64,000 nt of DNA from Candidatus Woesearchaeota archaeon (GTDB lineage: Archaea > Nanobdellota > Nanobdellia > Pacearchaeales > GW2011-AR1): assembly GCA_964490795.1 (NCBI GenBank), contig CAZBDY010000001.1:24806-88805 (forward strand), in the 5' to 3' direction. Positions within the stretch are counted from its first letter, which is position 1. The number at the start of each line of letters is the position of its first letter. Under the pieces are notes generated by a model that saw only the letters and a program-made list of their open reading frames with translations, had not been told where the DNA came from and searched no databases. Positions 41,839 to 51,281 of this stretch are shown in pieces. The position numbers and the translations under genes are program-made.

Positions 41839-41918
41839 TTTTTGCTCCACAAAAAACTCTGCGCGAGATTAATTTTAGTTATTCTATTCCCCACCCGAAG
41901 GATGTGCCTTAGAAAGAT

Positions 41919-42197
41919 TTACTGAGAATATGCATCAGGGAATGTATTTAATACGCCTAAAGCCCCATAAGTAGGAATTGGGTCAGTAGCTCCAACAAGA
42001 AAACCTCTAACCATTCTATCTACACTTTTTTTATCGTCTGCACTACCGCCAAGTATTTGTACAAGTCCTTCAGACCCGCCACAAGCATTTAACATTCTTC
42101 CTGTTGCACCCGAAATGTCATCAGTCATACCATAGTCTAAGAATCTCTGTCTTAGTCTTTGTAACATTTCATTAAGTACTGCATTTCCATCTACCAT
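41919..42197 (-). CDS. Cassette 3 hypothetical protein
   Basis: 92-aa ORF fills the cassette; TTTATA box upstream on the minus strand. Confidence 0.7.
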   Translation of the reverse strand: MVDGNAVLNEMLQRLRQRFLDYGMTDDISGATGRMLNACGGSEGLVQILGGSADDKKSVDRMVRGFLVGATDPIPTYGALGVLNTFPDAYSQ

Positions 42198-42353
42198 GTT
42201 TTTAAGAATGCAAATGCCCTATATAAATATTTCTATATGTAACTACTATTAAAGGATAAAGGCACATCCTCCCCCACCCTTAAAATTAGTCTAAAATTAA
42301 TCTCGCTTGCCACGCCTTGCAGGCTTTCAGAAAATCAAAGATTTTCTTCAGGT

Positions 42354-42480
42354 CGCTGAACAGCGATTAAAAAGAAATTTCTTGCAGAAATTTCCCATAT
42401 TTTTGCTACGCAAAAACACTCGAGGTCACTTCGTTCCACTCGAGCCCTTCGGGTTGTTTAATCGCGATGTTAATTGCAAT
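42354..42480 (+). other. attC-like site 3 (intact)
   Basis: CGCTGAAC-AGCGATTAAA...TTTAATCGCGAT-GTTAATTGCAAT. Confidence 0.85.
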
Positions 42481-42536
42481 ATTACTCGGTGGCAAAACAG
42501 CATAAATTTATTAAAGCCCTCTTATTCTAATACACT

Positions 42537-42809
42537 ATGAGAAAATTAATCGACAAAGCTGCTGAATTTTTGGATGATTTAGCTTGGAAATTATCTCCTC
42601 ATCCAGATTTGCCAATTGGCGAACCAGTTTGTAATGTTTCTGATGAAACTAATGAATGGAATAAGAGGGCTTTGGAACATGCTTGGCGACCAGGAAATGG
42701 TTTAATTCCTTATAGAAGAGAGTTCTCTCAAGAAGAAATGCAAAAAATGCAAGAGAGAACTTATGAAATGAATCGCCAAGCACTAGACTATGCTAATAGC
42801 CAAAGATAG
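42537..42809 (+). CDS. Cassette 4 hypothetical protein
   Basis: 90-aa ORF fills the cassette. Confidence 0.7.
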   Translation: MRKLIDKAAEFLDDLAWKLSPHPDLPIGEPVCNVSDETNEWNKRALEHAWRPGNGLIPYRREFSQEEMQKMQERTYEMNRQALDYANSQR

Positions 42810-42872
42810 TTTTTTGCCCCTGCGTCATACTGTGCCTACGCTTTGCTTCGGCATTTTTTCTTGCAGAAAAAA

Positions 42873-42884
42873 CAATTAACAGCG
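42873..42884 (+). other. attC-like site 4 remnant (R'' only)
   Basis: CAATTAAC-AGCG, complementary to GTTAATTG at 42469, then abruptly coding sequence. Confidence 0.7.
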
Positions 42885-42902
42885 CAGCCAAATCCTGAAT
42901 TT

Positions 42903-43832
42903 ATGAGAGATATGATACCCCATATGTTAGATCATTCTGAAGAATCCATAAAAAAAGTTACTTTTAAAGAAAGAGATCTAAGAGCGGTAATAGGTTTATC
43001 TGGAGGGCTAGATTCTTGTATCTCTGCTTGGTTAGTTTCTAATGCAATATCAAGGGGAATAAAAAGAAAAAGCTCGGATAATGGCAGATTAGTTTTAATG
43101 ACTTTTAATGGGATGAGCCAAGAAGATTTGGAATACGGCGGGAGATTTGCAGAAGATTTGGAAAGAGATTTTGGAGATATTGATATAAAATATGTAGAAA
43201 AAGATATAAGGCCCTTAATGCGTTCTGTTCATGATTTTACTGATGATATGGTTCATACTACTAGAGGAACTAAAATTTATCCTGGAGAGTTAGCTACTAG
43301 ATTAATAGACTTAGTAACCTTGGAATATGCTGATAAAACAGGCCATTGTGGAGTAGACTCTACAAACGGGAGTGAGATAATTTTGGGAGAGATTGTACTC
43401 GGTGCAGGGTTAGAATATTCTCCTATAAGCGATTTGTACAAAAGCCAAGTCTTTGATTTAGGAGAATTATTAGATGTTCCCCAGTATGTTTTAGACAGAA
43501 ATCCTATAAACTCCACTTTTGGAACAGATAAAATTAGAAGTTATTTTGGAGAAATTCCAGAGGGATTCAGTGCAAGAGAGGTTTATGCAGTTTTAGATCC
43601 AGTTTTATTCCATATATTTGACAAAAATATGAAACCTCGAAGTATAGCTCGTAAATTAGGCCATTCTCAAGATTTTGTTGATAGAGTTTACCAAAGAGTT
43701 AGAAATCAAGATCATAGAAGAAAACACCCTTATTTTGCTTTAAACGATAGAAGAATAAATTTACCAAGAACCGTCAAAGGTAAACCAAATCAAGAGTTTA
43801 AAGAATATTTGGACGGTTGCTTTTTAAGATGA
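42903..43832 (+). CDS. NH3-dependent NAD+ synthetase-like (PP-loop) protein, possibly 5'-truncated
   Basis: VIGLSGGLDS, STNGSE, PISDLYKSQV, LDPVL. Confidence 0.8.
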   Translation: MRDMIPHMLDHSEESIKKVTFKERDLRAVIGLSGGLDSCISAWLVSNAISRGIKRKSSDNGRLVLMTFNGMSQEDLEYGGRFAEDLERDFGDIDIKYVEKDIRPLMRSVHDFTDDMVHTTRGTKIYPGELATRLIDLVTLEYADKTGHCGVDSTNGSEIILGEIVLGAGLEYSPISDLYKSQVFDLGELLDVPQYVLDRNPINSTFGTDKIRSYFGEIPEGFSAREVYAVLDPVLFHIFDKNMKPRSIARKLGHSQDFVDRVYQRVRNQDHRRKHPYFALNDRRINLPRTVKGKPNQEFKEYLDGCFLR

Positions 43833-44308
43833 ACATTATAATTTCTTCAGGATACGGAAATGGAAAAACAGAAATTGCTGCATTTGATGAAGCTCTTAAT
43901 AATGCAGGTCTCTCTAATCTTAACTTAATTTATCTTTCTTCAGTTATACCTCAAAAAGCTCATATAAATCTTAAAAAAAAGAGTCCAAAGTATAAACATG
44001 GAGATAAAGCTTATGTAGTCTTGGCAAAGAATATCTCTAAAAATAATAAGAAAATAAGTGCAGGATTGGGTTGGGTCCAAGAAAAGAAATCTGGAGAAGG
44101 ATTATTTGTTGAAATTATTGGAGAAAATAAAGCGAAAGTGATCAAAGATATTAAAGAAACTTTAAAACATATGAAGAAGCTGAGAAAAAAAGATTTTGGA
44201 CCAATTAATTATGAGATTAAAGAAGCAAATTGCAAACAAGGATATAATTGTGTTATAGTAATAGCTTTATATCAAATAGAATCTTGGGATTTAAGTAAAA
44301 ACAGATAG
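43829..44308 (+). CDS. Pyruvoyl-dependent arginine decarboxylase
   Basis: AFDEALNNAGLSNLNLIYLSSVIP with SS self-cleavage site; GLFVE. Confidence 0.88.
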   Translation: MNIIISSGYGNGKTEIAAFDEALNNAGLSNLNLIYLSSVIPQKAHINLKKKSPKYKHGDKAYVVLAKNISKNNKKISAGLGWVQEKKSGEGLFVEIIGENKAKVIKDIKETLKHMKKLRKKDFGPINYEIKEANCKQGYNCVIVIALYQIESWDLSKNR

Positions 44309-44338
44309 ACTTTTAAAAGATCTAAACTTATTTAGGTT

Positions 44339-44878
44339 ATGGATATAAAAATTTGGAAACAAAGGAGTTGTGAGAGTTGTTTATCTGTTTCTTTGATGAG
44401 TCTTTTAGAATCACAAAAGGGAATAAAATTAGAAGATGAAGAAGAGTTCAATATTCTTCTTGAAGGATTAAAATTTACTAGGATAGATTTTTCAACAGGA
44501 CACTTAGCGTATCTCGCTAAAAAGCTCCCCAAATTAACATTTGAACAATATATAGATTTTGATATTTTTTACAAGATACTTTCAAAGTTAGAGATTCCAG
44601 AAAATCTTAAAATGTATTCTAAGAAGATTAATTTAAAATTTTTAAAAGAAATGACAAAAGAAAGCCCAGTAATAATCTATGTGGATATGTTTACCTTGGA
44701 AGGAGTTTACCATTATTCTCATTTTGTAGTTTTAACTGAAATTAACGATGAAAAAGCCATAATTTTTGATCCATGGTCTGGAGAACAAATAGAGATAAAG
44801 ACTAAAATTTTAATGAGATCAATCAGTTATGTCCGGAATAGATTAAAAATTGCCCCTAAATTAATTAGAATAAAGTAA
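44339..44878 (+). CDS. C39-like (papain-fold) peptidase
   Basis: Q...SC, SHFVVL, IFDPW catalytic pattern. Confidence 0.7.
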   Translation: MDIKIWKQRSCESCLSVSLMSLLESQKGIKLEDEEEFNILLEGLKFTRIDFSTGHLAYLAKKLPKLTFEQYIDFDIFYKILSKLEIPENLKMYSKKINLKFLKEMTKESPVIIYVDMFTLEGVYHYSHFVVLTEINDEKAIIFDPWSGEQIEIKTKILMRSISYVRNRLKIAPKLIRIK

Positions 44879-45143
44879 TTTCGTGTAGCGTCTTCTTTTT
44901 AGAAAAAAGAAGCAAAAAGATGGAAATCCCCATTTTCTTTTTTTAAGAAAAAAAGAAACAAAAAAAGCACGCGTCTCTCTAATACATAGCCCACCCAAAA
45001 AATATTATTTCAAAATTTTATAAAACGGCATTCTCAAAAACTTTGATTCGCTAAAAAACTTTCAGTTTTTGGCGCCCCAAAAATCTACGATTTTTTAGGG
45101 TTTTGCCTTCGGCATCGTTGCACTAAAAATCAATCCTAACGGA

Positions 45144-45240
45144 GAGTTTAACAAATTTAGAGATTCCAGAAACTTGCAGTTTCTTCCATCCAAATTTTTG
45201 CTTCGCAAAAACTTCTCTAAATCCTGATGTTATGTCTAAT
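45144..45240 (+). other. attC-like site 5 (shortened L'' arm)
   Basis: GAGTTTAAC-AAATTTAGAGA...TCTCTAAATCCTGAT-GTTATGTCTAAT. Confidence 0.75.
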
Positions 45241-45511
45241 TGTTCGAAGGCACTAAACTTTGAAAATTAAAGATAGTTAAAGATGGCACTTCAATACCCC
45301 CCGACCACCCGCCCCAATTAGGAGATGTGTGCTTTCGTGCTACGCACATTTAGTCAAAATCAAAGATTTTGAAATTTATAATTAAATTTTTTTCCACTCT
45401 AGAGAGACTCGCGGTTTTCCTGAAGGAAAACAGATAGTCGGCTTACGCCGATTAATTAGTTGTAACTATAAAGTAAGAAAGATTTAAATAATCTTTTTAG
45501 TATTTTAGAAT

Positions 45512-46837
45512 ATGGTAACTATAGAGCAAGAAAACCAAGGGCTAAGGTTAGATATCCAAAATTACGATGGATCTAATGGAGAAAGTATATCTGTTGGAAA
45601 TTCCTCACAAAGAGATCCTAGAAACTATTTATTTAATTTTCAAAGAAAGCAGAGTAATCACGGATATACTTCTGGAGAAACTCTCTTTTTTAATGGAGAT
45701 TGTGGTAATAATTTAATCATTTCTACTTATGAATCAAACCTTTTTAAAAATGTAAGGAATGCTTTTGTTTTAGCAAATGAAGACAGAGTTGAAATAAGTC
45801 CAATTGCTAATATTTGGGATGCAATATCTAGGGGAAACAGAATCTTGTCTGGAAAGATTAATTATTTTATTCCTCAGAGAGTTTTATCTAGAGAAAATTT
45901 ACCTTCCGTAGATATTGAACAATTAAAGGAAGAACTAAAAATTAAATATGGGTTTGTTACAATGAATATAAATCCTTTATTAGAAGGAAGATCAAAAAAT
46001 GGAACCTATATTTTGACTCAGGGAAAATCTAAATTTGTTTTAAAATACAGGGGAAATAATGAAGAAAGGGCAGAATCAATTTCTCAAGTATTAGGATCTA
46101 TTGAAGATTACTTTCCAAGAGTCTTCCCAAGAATAGATAAAACCAAGAGTTATACTATTAAAATTGGAGAAAATTATTTTGGATTAGAAGAATTTATTGA
46201 AGCAAAAGAAAAGCCAGATTTAAATGTAGATTATTTTTCTCTATTAGGAGATCACACAGGAAGGCTACACAATTCTTTTTCTTTTTTTCTATCAGAGAAT
46301 CCAAGTTTGACGGAAAGATTACAACGAAGAGATTCTTTTAATGAAGCAAGTATAATCTCAGTATATCTGGATTTAATGAACAATAATCCAAATAAAAATA
46401 GGTTTTTGGTTGATTTTTTAGACGAAATTTTAAGGAAAGGTTTCGTTGAGTTTTTACCAAAATTACCTAAGGCACTTATTCATAGAGATTTGAACTGGTC
46501 AAATATTTTTTGGGATACAAATAAGCCAAAAATAGTTGATTCAGAATCTATTGGAATTTATAGGAGATTAGAGGAACTTATCGCCCCATTACTTTTAGGA
46601 GAAAATATGGCAAGACCTAATTATGCTAAAGGTTCTCTTGAGAGAATGATGGAAAATTATAATGATTCAATAAGTGAACCCCTTATTCAGGAAGAAGAAA
46701 ATATCCTTAGACCATTATTAAAATATTCTTTATTGAAATATTATGTTGTCCGTTCTATTAGGAGAAAAATTGAGGACTCAGACTATTTGGAGATTTTACA
46801 TAAGAATCTAAACGAAATAGGGGGAAGAGATGATTAA
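45512..46837 (+). CDS. APH/homoserine kinase II-like phosphotransferase with extra N-terminal domain
   Basis: FVLK, GRLH, IHRDLNWSNI, IVDSE. Confidence 0.8.
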   Translation: MVTIEQENQGLRLDIQNYDGSNGESISVGNSSQRDPRNYLFNFQRKQSNHGYTSGETLFFNGDCGNNLIISTYESNLFKNVRNAFVLANEDRVEISPIANIWDAISRGNRILSGKINYFIPQRVLSRENLPSVDIEQLKEELKIKYGFVTMNINPLLEGRSKNGTYILTQGKSKFVLKYRGNNEERAESISQVLGSIEDYFPRVFPRIDKTKSYTIKIGENYFGLEEFIEAKEKPDLNVDYFSLLGDHTGRLHNSFSFFLSENPSLTERLQRRDSFNEASIISVYLDLMNNNPNKNRFLVDFLDEILRKGFVEFLPKLPKALIHRDLNWSNIFWDTNKPKIVDSESIGIYRRLEELIAPLLLGENMARPNYAKGSLERMMENYNDSISEPLIQEEENILRPLLKYSLLKYYVVRSIRRKIEDSDYLEILHKNLNEIGGRDD

Positions 46838-47693
46838 CAGAATTCCTTTTGAGATAGACTTCCCTTTTGAAATTTTTGATGATTCCAAAAAGATTGATTT
46901 TAGTAATCCTGATGAGAGAAAAAAGCTTTTTGATAGAAATATTTATCGTTTTTTATATTCTGGAAATAAAAATCCCTTATTAGAAAAAAGAAATAGGATA
47001 TATCAAGGGTTATCTCAAAAAGTCGTAAATTCAATAAATAGAGATTCTCCTTCCCTAGAGGTTTTAAGTTGTTCCATTTTTGGTTCTTCTCTTTTTTCAG
47101 AAAAACCAGGAGATTTTGATTTTTTAGTAATTACAAAAGGAAATGAATTCTCTTTGGAAGAAACAACAATGAATTTAGAGGAAATTTCTTCAGAAGGATT
47201 TAAGAAAAATGAAGAATATAATGTTGGAATCTCTGTTAAAGGAGTAGATAATTTTAAGAAAGGAATTTGCAGTCCTTTATCGAGTGTTCCAGAAGAGTAT
47301 CAAAAACAAATAATCTATCGTACATCAAGTGCATTATTCAGAAGACACATACCTCTTTTAGGATATGATTTTTTAAAAAATAGAGAATTATTCCAAAGAA
47401 ATTTATATGCTCAAGCATCTGATTTGCTTATTAATACCTTTGATTTATATTATAATGATAATGAAAGGATAAAATTATGCCCTGATAAAAGAGCAAATAA
47501 AATTTTGTCTCGTATCTATGAAGCAGTCACTTATTTGAGTTTTGCAGAAGATAAGCCAGAAATAGGGCAATTAAGAAAACAAATTTCCAATTCTATTGGT
47601 TTTGGACTACCTCTTAGAGAAACGAAAAGGCTTTTTAATAGGGTAGTCTCTATTTATAATAATAAAACAGACAAAAAACCTAAAAATGAATAA
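46830..47693 (+). CDS. Pol-beta-superfamily nucleotidyltransferase-like protein
   Basis: IFGSSLFSEKPGDFDFLVI (GS...DxD). Confidence 0.7.
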   Translation: MINRIPFEIDFPFEIFDDSKKIDFSNPDERKKLFDRNIYRFLYSGNKNPLLEKRNRIYQGLSQKVVNSINRDSPSLEVLSCSIFGSSLFSEKPGDFDFLVITKGNEFSLEETTMNLEEISSEGFKKNEEYNVGISVKGVDNFKKGICSPLSSVPEEYQKQIIYRTSSALFRRHIPLLGYDFLKNRELFQRNLYAQASDLLINTFDLYYNDNERIKLCPDKRANKILSRIYEAVTYLSFAEDKPEIGQLRKQISNSIGFGLPLRETKRLFNRVVSIYNNKTDKKPKNE

Positions 47694-49386
47694 AATATTT
47701 GCTTTTGATTATGATGACACCCTTGCTGAACATGGCGGAAAAATAGATAGAGAAATGTCTGGAATTTTATCAAAAATGATCTTAGGGGGACATAAAATCT
47801 CTATAATTACTTCTAGAACTATGTATTGGTTAGAAAAGAATAATATAAATATTTTAGAAATGATTTTTCCAGATTTTTCCAGTTTATCTAATCTAGACAT
47901 TAAGAGAATAAAAGAAAATTTCATCCTTTATACTGGAAGAGGTAACGAAAAATTTTCCCCTGAAATTTCTAATGATAAATTTAATTTTTATGAAAAAGTA
48001 TCTTATAGAAAATCTCTCACATTAGAACAAGTCTTTAAAATTCAAGAGATCATTAAACAAGAATTGCCTAAAAAAATATTTTCTGGAAAAAATTATACTA
48101 AACAATTTTCTTCTAGAGATCTTCAGAGCATATTGAGAGTAATTATGCGAATTGAGAAAATTCAGAATTCGTCAAAGAATAAGATATTATCAAATATTAA
48201 ATATAAATTAAACAAAATAGGTAATTTATCCAAAATTCTTTTAGAGATTAACGGGAATTATATTAGTTTTAGTTTTAAGAATAAATCTTTTGCAATTAAA
48301 GATTTATTAAAAAATAATCCTTCATACCATCTAGATTATTATGGAGATTCTCCATTAGAAAACGATAAACCCATCTTTGATTTAGCAAAAGGTAAAATGA
48401 AAAATAAATTAAGTTTTATTTGCGTAGAAAACCCCGTCCATACTTTAAGTTTAGTTAAGGTTCATTGTGGAGCACCCCAAAATGAATCTGGCAATATTTT
48501 GGATGTTTTGTCTATTAAAGGAGCAAGAGAAAATATAAAAGAAAGAATAAAAGATTATTGGAAATCAATAGGCTTACAGATATCTTGGATCTCTCCCATG
48601 TTGTCTATTCTAGAAAATAATCAAGATAATGAAAATTTAGCCGTTTTTAAAATTAGAAATAAATTTCCTTCTTTGGGAAATAAAAAGAGCTTAGATTATT
48701 CTAGAAAATTAATCCAATTTAGGAAGAAGAAGATAAAAAATTTAGCTAAGAGAATAAATGGTTTTTTAATCAAGGGTTCTGTAGCAGATATTGGGGGCAG
48801 GGCAGATGATTTCATGGAAGAGATATTAAAAATAAATAATTCCGTAAAAAAAGCTTATGTTACAGACATTGGGGCGTTTTCAGAAAGATCTAAGAATCCA
48901 AAAATAGATTTTATTGTTCAACCTTCTTTAGTCAAAACTCCTTTCTTAGAAAATCAATTAAACAATCTTGTTCTTTCTTTAATTCTGCATCATATGGATA
49001 ATTTAGATCAAGAAATATTTATTAAACATCTTGTAAGTATTTTGAGGGCTAAAGGAAGATTAATTCTTATTGAAGAGGGTTATCCTGAAAGTTGTCTTAA
49101 TGAAAATTTATCTCAGAATATTAAACAATTTTTATCTTTTGAAAAGAACATAAAAATGAAAATAATTTCTTTTTATGATTGGTTTGGGAACAAAATAATG
49201 AGAAATAGAGATAATACCGCATTAACTTTTAATTATAAAACAATTGAAGAGTGGGAAGAAATATTTAGTAAAGCTGGATTGACATTGATTCATTCTGAAT
49301 TTATTGGGAAAAAGCCTAAACATTTAGATTTATATCCTCCAAAAATAATCATGGTCTTTGAAAAAATGGAGAAAGATAAAAAATGA
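47686..49386 (+). CDS. HAD hydrolase fused to class I SAM methyltransferase
   Basis: FDYDDTL, TSR, GDSPLEND; then ADIGG, LILHHM, GRLILIEE. Confidence 0.8.
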   Translation: MNKIFAFDYDDTLAEHGGKIDREMSGILSKMILGGHKISIITSRTMYWLEKNNINILEMIFPDFSSLSNLDIKRIKENFILYTGRGNEKFSPEISNDKFNFYEKVSYRKSLTLEQVFKIQEIIKQELPKKIFSGKNYTKQFSSRDLQSILRVIMRIEKIQNSSKNKILSNIKYKLNKIGNLSKILLEINGNYISFSFKNKSFAIKDLLKNNPSYHLDYYGDSPLENDKPIFDLAKGKMKNKLSFICVENPVHTLSLVKVHCGAPQNESGNILDVLSIKGARENIKERIKDYWKSIGLQISWISPMLSILENNQDNENLAVFKIRNKFPSLGNKKSLDYSRKLIQFRKKKIKNLAKRINGFLIKGSVADIGGRADDFMEEILKINNSVKKAYVTDIGAFSERSKNPKIDFIVQPSLVKTPFLENQLNNLVLSLILHHMDNLDQEIFIKHLVSILRAKGRLILIEEGYPESCLNENLSQNIKQFLSFEKNIKMKIISFYDWFGNKIMRNRDNTALTFNYKTIEEWEEIFSKAGLTLIHSEFIGKKPKHLDLYPPKIIMVFEKMEKDKK

Positions 49387-50120
49387 GACCTCTGATATGT
49401 TGCAGTGTTGAAAATTTAAAGGAATTTTCTTTTGAAGATTATCCATTTGAGGGGTATGAATTTAAGACTTTTGGAAGAGGATTTAGTCCAAACATAATCT
49501 TATTAATAAAATTAAAAGAAATGTTTAAAGGAAAAGAATTATCTTTGCATAGCCAATTAAGTAGAATTTTTAGTTCTAGAGAAAAGGGTTTTCCAGAATT
49601 TTCTGAAGCAGAAATGAATATCTTAAAATCTGAGATAATTATTTCAAAAATTATAGGAATTAAGCAGATAAATTTTCATATGAAAGAAACAGAATTTACT
49701 GAAGATGAAACCAAAAAATTCAATGAAATTATAAATTTTGCTAATAAAAATGGAATAGAGATGATTTATGAAAACCATGTTTGTTCAGAGGAAGTGATCT
49801 TTAGAGTTCTAAAAAATTTCCCGAGGATTCAATTTTGTTTAGATATAGGTCATTTAAATGTAGCAGTCCACATGGGTAAATTTAAAATGAATCTGGATGA
49901 ATTTCTGGAAAAGGTAAAATCGAGATTAGTTCATATTCATGCACATAACAATTACGGAGAAAAAGATGAACATAATTCTTTAGACGAAGGAAATTTTAAT
50001 TGGAGAAATGTTTTAGATTACTTAGGTAAGGATCATTTAAAAAAAGTAATTATTGAATCCAAGAAAAAAGAAGATATATTAAAATCAAAAAAATTATTAT
50101 TAAACTACTTTAAAGAATAA
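49383..50120 (+). CDS. Xylose isomerase-like / AP endonuclease 2 TIM-barrel protein
   Basis: YENH, LDIGH, HAHNNYG.DEH, IIE. Confidence 0.85.
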   Translation: MRPLICCSVENLKEFSFEDYPFEGYEFKTFGRGFSPNIILLIKLKEMFKGKELSLHSQLSRIFSSREKGFPEFSEAEMNILKSEIIISKIIGIKQINFHMKETEFTEDETKKFNEIINFANKNGIEMIYENHVCSEEVIFRVLKNFPRIQFCLDIGHLNVAVHMGKFKMNLDEFLEKVKSRLVHIHAHNNYGEKDEHNSLDEGNFNWRNVLDYLGKDHLKKVIIESKKKEDILKSKKLLLNYFKE

Positions 50121-50363
50121 AACTTTCGCTTTTCGTAGCGACTTCTTTTAGAAAAAGAAGCAAAAGCGAGTCTCTCCACCTCAAAAAATTTATTTTCTTT
50201 TTAGAAAAAAGAAACAAAAAAGAGCGCGTGCCCTAAAAGATAGTCTTCTACGAAGATAATTTATATAATAAAACTCAAACTCAACTCTGCGGTTTTTTCT
50301 TTTCAAGAAAAAATCCTCGGGGACGTCTTGCAGACTTTCGCTTCTCTCACCCTCTTTTTTCGG

Positions 50364-50498
50364 GACACATTTTTCCCAAATTTTTCCTTCGGAAAAACTC
50401 TCGAGCGTTCCACAATTTTTCCAGCTCTGACTTCGTCGAGGGAAAAATTTCTACACCTCGAGCCCTACGGGTTTTTTAATCGCGATGTTCAACTCAAT
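50364..50498 (+). other. attC-like site 6 (R''/L'' largely deleted)
   Basis: GACA remnant of expected GACATAAC; right half CTCGAGCCCTACGGG..TTTAATCGCGAT-GTTCAACTCAAT nearly identical to sites 2 and 3. Confidence 0.75.
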
Positions 50499-50618
50499 AA
50501 ATTTCTGGCGGTAACTCAATACCCCTCCCTCCTGCATTACCTAATTAATTCTAAAAATTATAAAAGAAAAGATTTATATAGTATTTCTTACATATCTTAC
50601 TATTAAGAGGAAAATAAA

Positions 50619-50873
50619 ATGCAAGATGAAATCAAAGACATAAAAATTGTGAAGATTACAAATAAAGGGCAGATTTGTATTCCTAGTGTAGCAAGATCAC
50701 TAGCAGGATTCAAGGAAGGAACAAAAATTAGCGTGGTAGTTTATTCTGACCGTGTTGAGTTAAAGCCACTTAAAAAAATAAGTGAAGATATGTTTCCGGC
50801 TTTAATTTCTGAAGAAGTTCTTGCAGAAGCATGGGATACTCCAGAAGAGGATGAAATATGGAAGGATTTATGA
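50619..50873 (+). CDS. AbrB/MazE-family antitoxin
   Basis: ITNKGQICIP; LAEAWDTPEEDEIWKDL tail. Confidence 0.88.
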   Translation: MQDEIKDIKIVKITNKGQICIPSVARSLAGFKEGTKISVVVYSDRVELKPLKKISEDMFPALISEEVLAEAWDTPEEDEIWKDL

Positions 50874-51199
50874 ATTATGAAAAAGGGGATGTTGTAATTT
50901 TTAAATTTCCTTTTTCCAAGGGTGAAAAAGCTAAGAAAAGACCTTCTTTAGTTGTGGTAAAATTAAGAGGAGAGAGTGTTATACTCTGCCAAATTACTGG
51001 GCAACAAAGACCAGATCCAAATATTCTAGAGTTAAAAAGAAAAGAATTTCAATCTGGAGGAATTTCAAGAGATAGTTTTATTCGTCCATCTGTTTTGTTT
51101 ACAATTAACAAGTCAAGGATAGAATACAAAGCAGGAAGATTAAACCAAGAAAAAATTAAACAGGTTGAAAACGAACTTGTTAAGATTTTTACACAATAA
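50870..51199 (+). CDS. MazF/PemK-family toxin
   Basis: GDVVIFKFPFS...KKRPSLVV...CQIT. Confidence 0.9.
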   Translation: MNYEKGDVVIFKFPFSKGEKAKKRPSLVVVKLRGESVILCQITGQQRPDPNILELKRKEFQSGGISRDSFIRPSVLFTINKSRIEYKAGRLNQEKIKQVENELVKIFTQ

Positions 51200-51281
51200 T
51201 TCCCAAAAGAATATTTTTCAGATACAAAATAAAATTTTACCCCCACAACTTTATAAAAGGAACAATCTATCTTATAAAATC

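Noticed and set aside
40620..50500. CRISPR array interpretation of the intergenic repeats
   Set aside because: No constant 25-45 bp repeat with regular spacers and no cas genes; the repeats separate whole genes
40857..50606. Track ORFs at 40857-41114, 40897-41181, 41740-41925, 42307-42540 and 50328-50606
   Set aside because: They overlap the palindromic attC-like sites, mostly have non-ATG starts and show no protein motifs; likely by-products of the repeats
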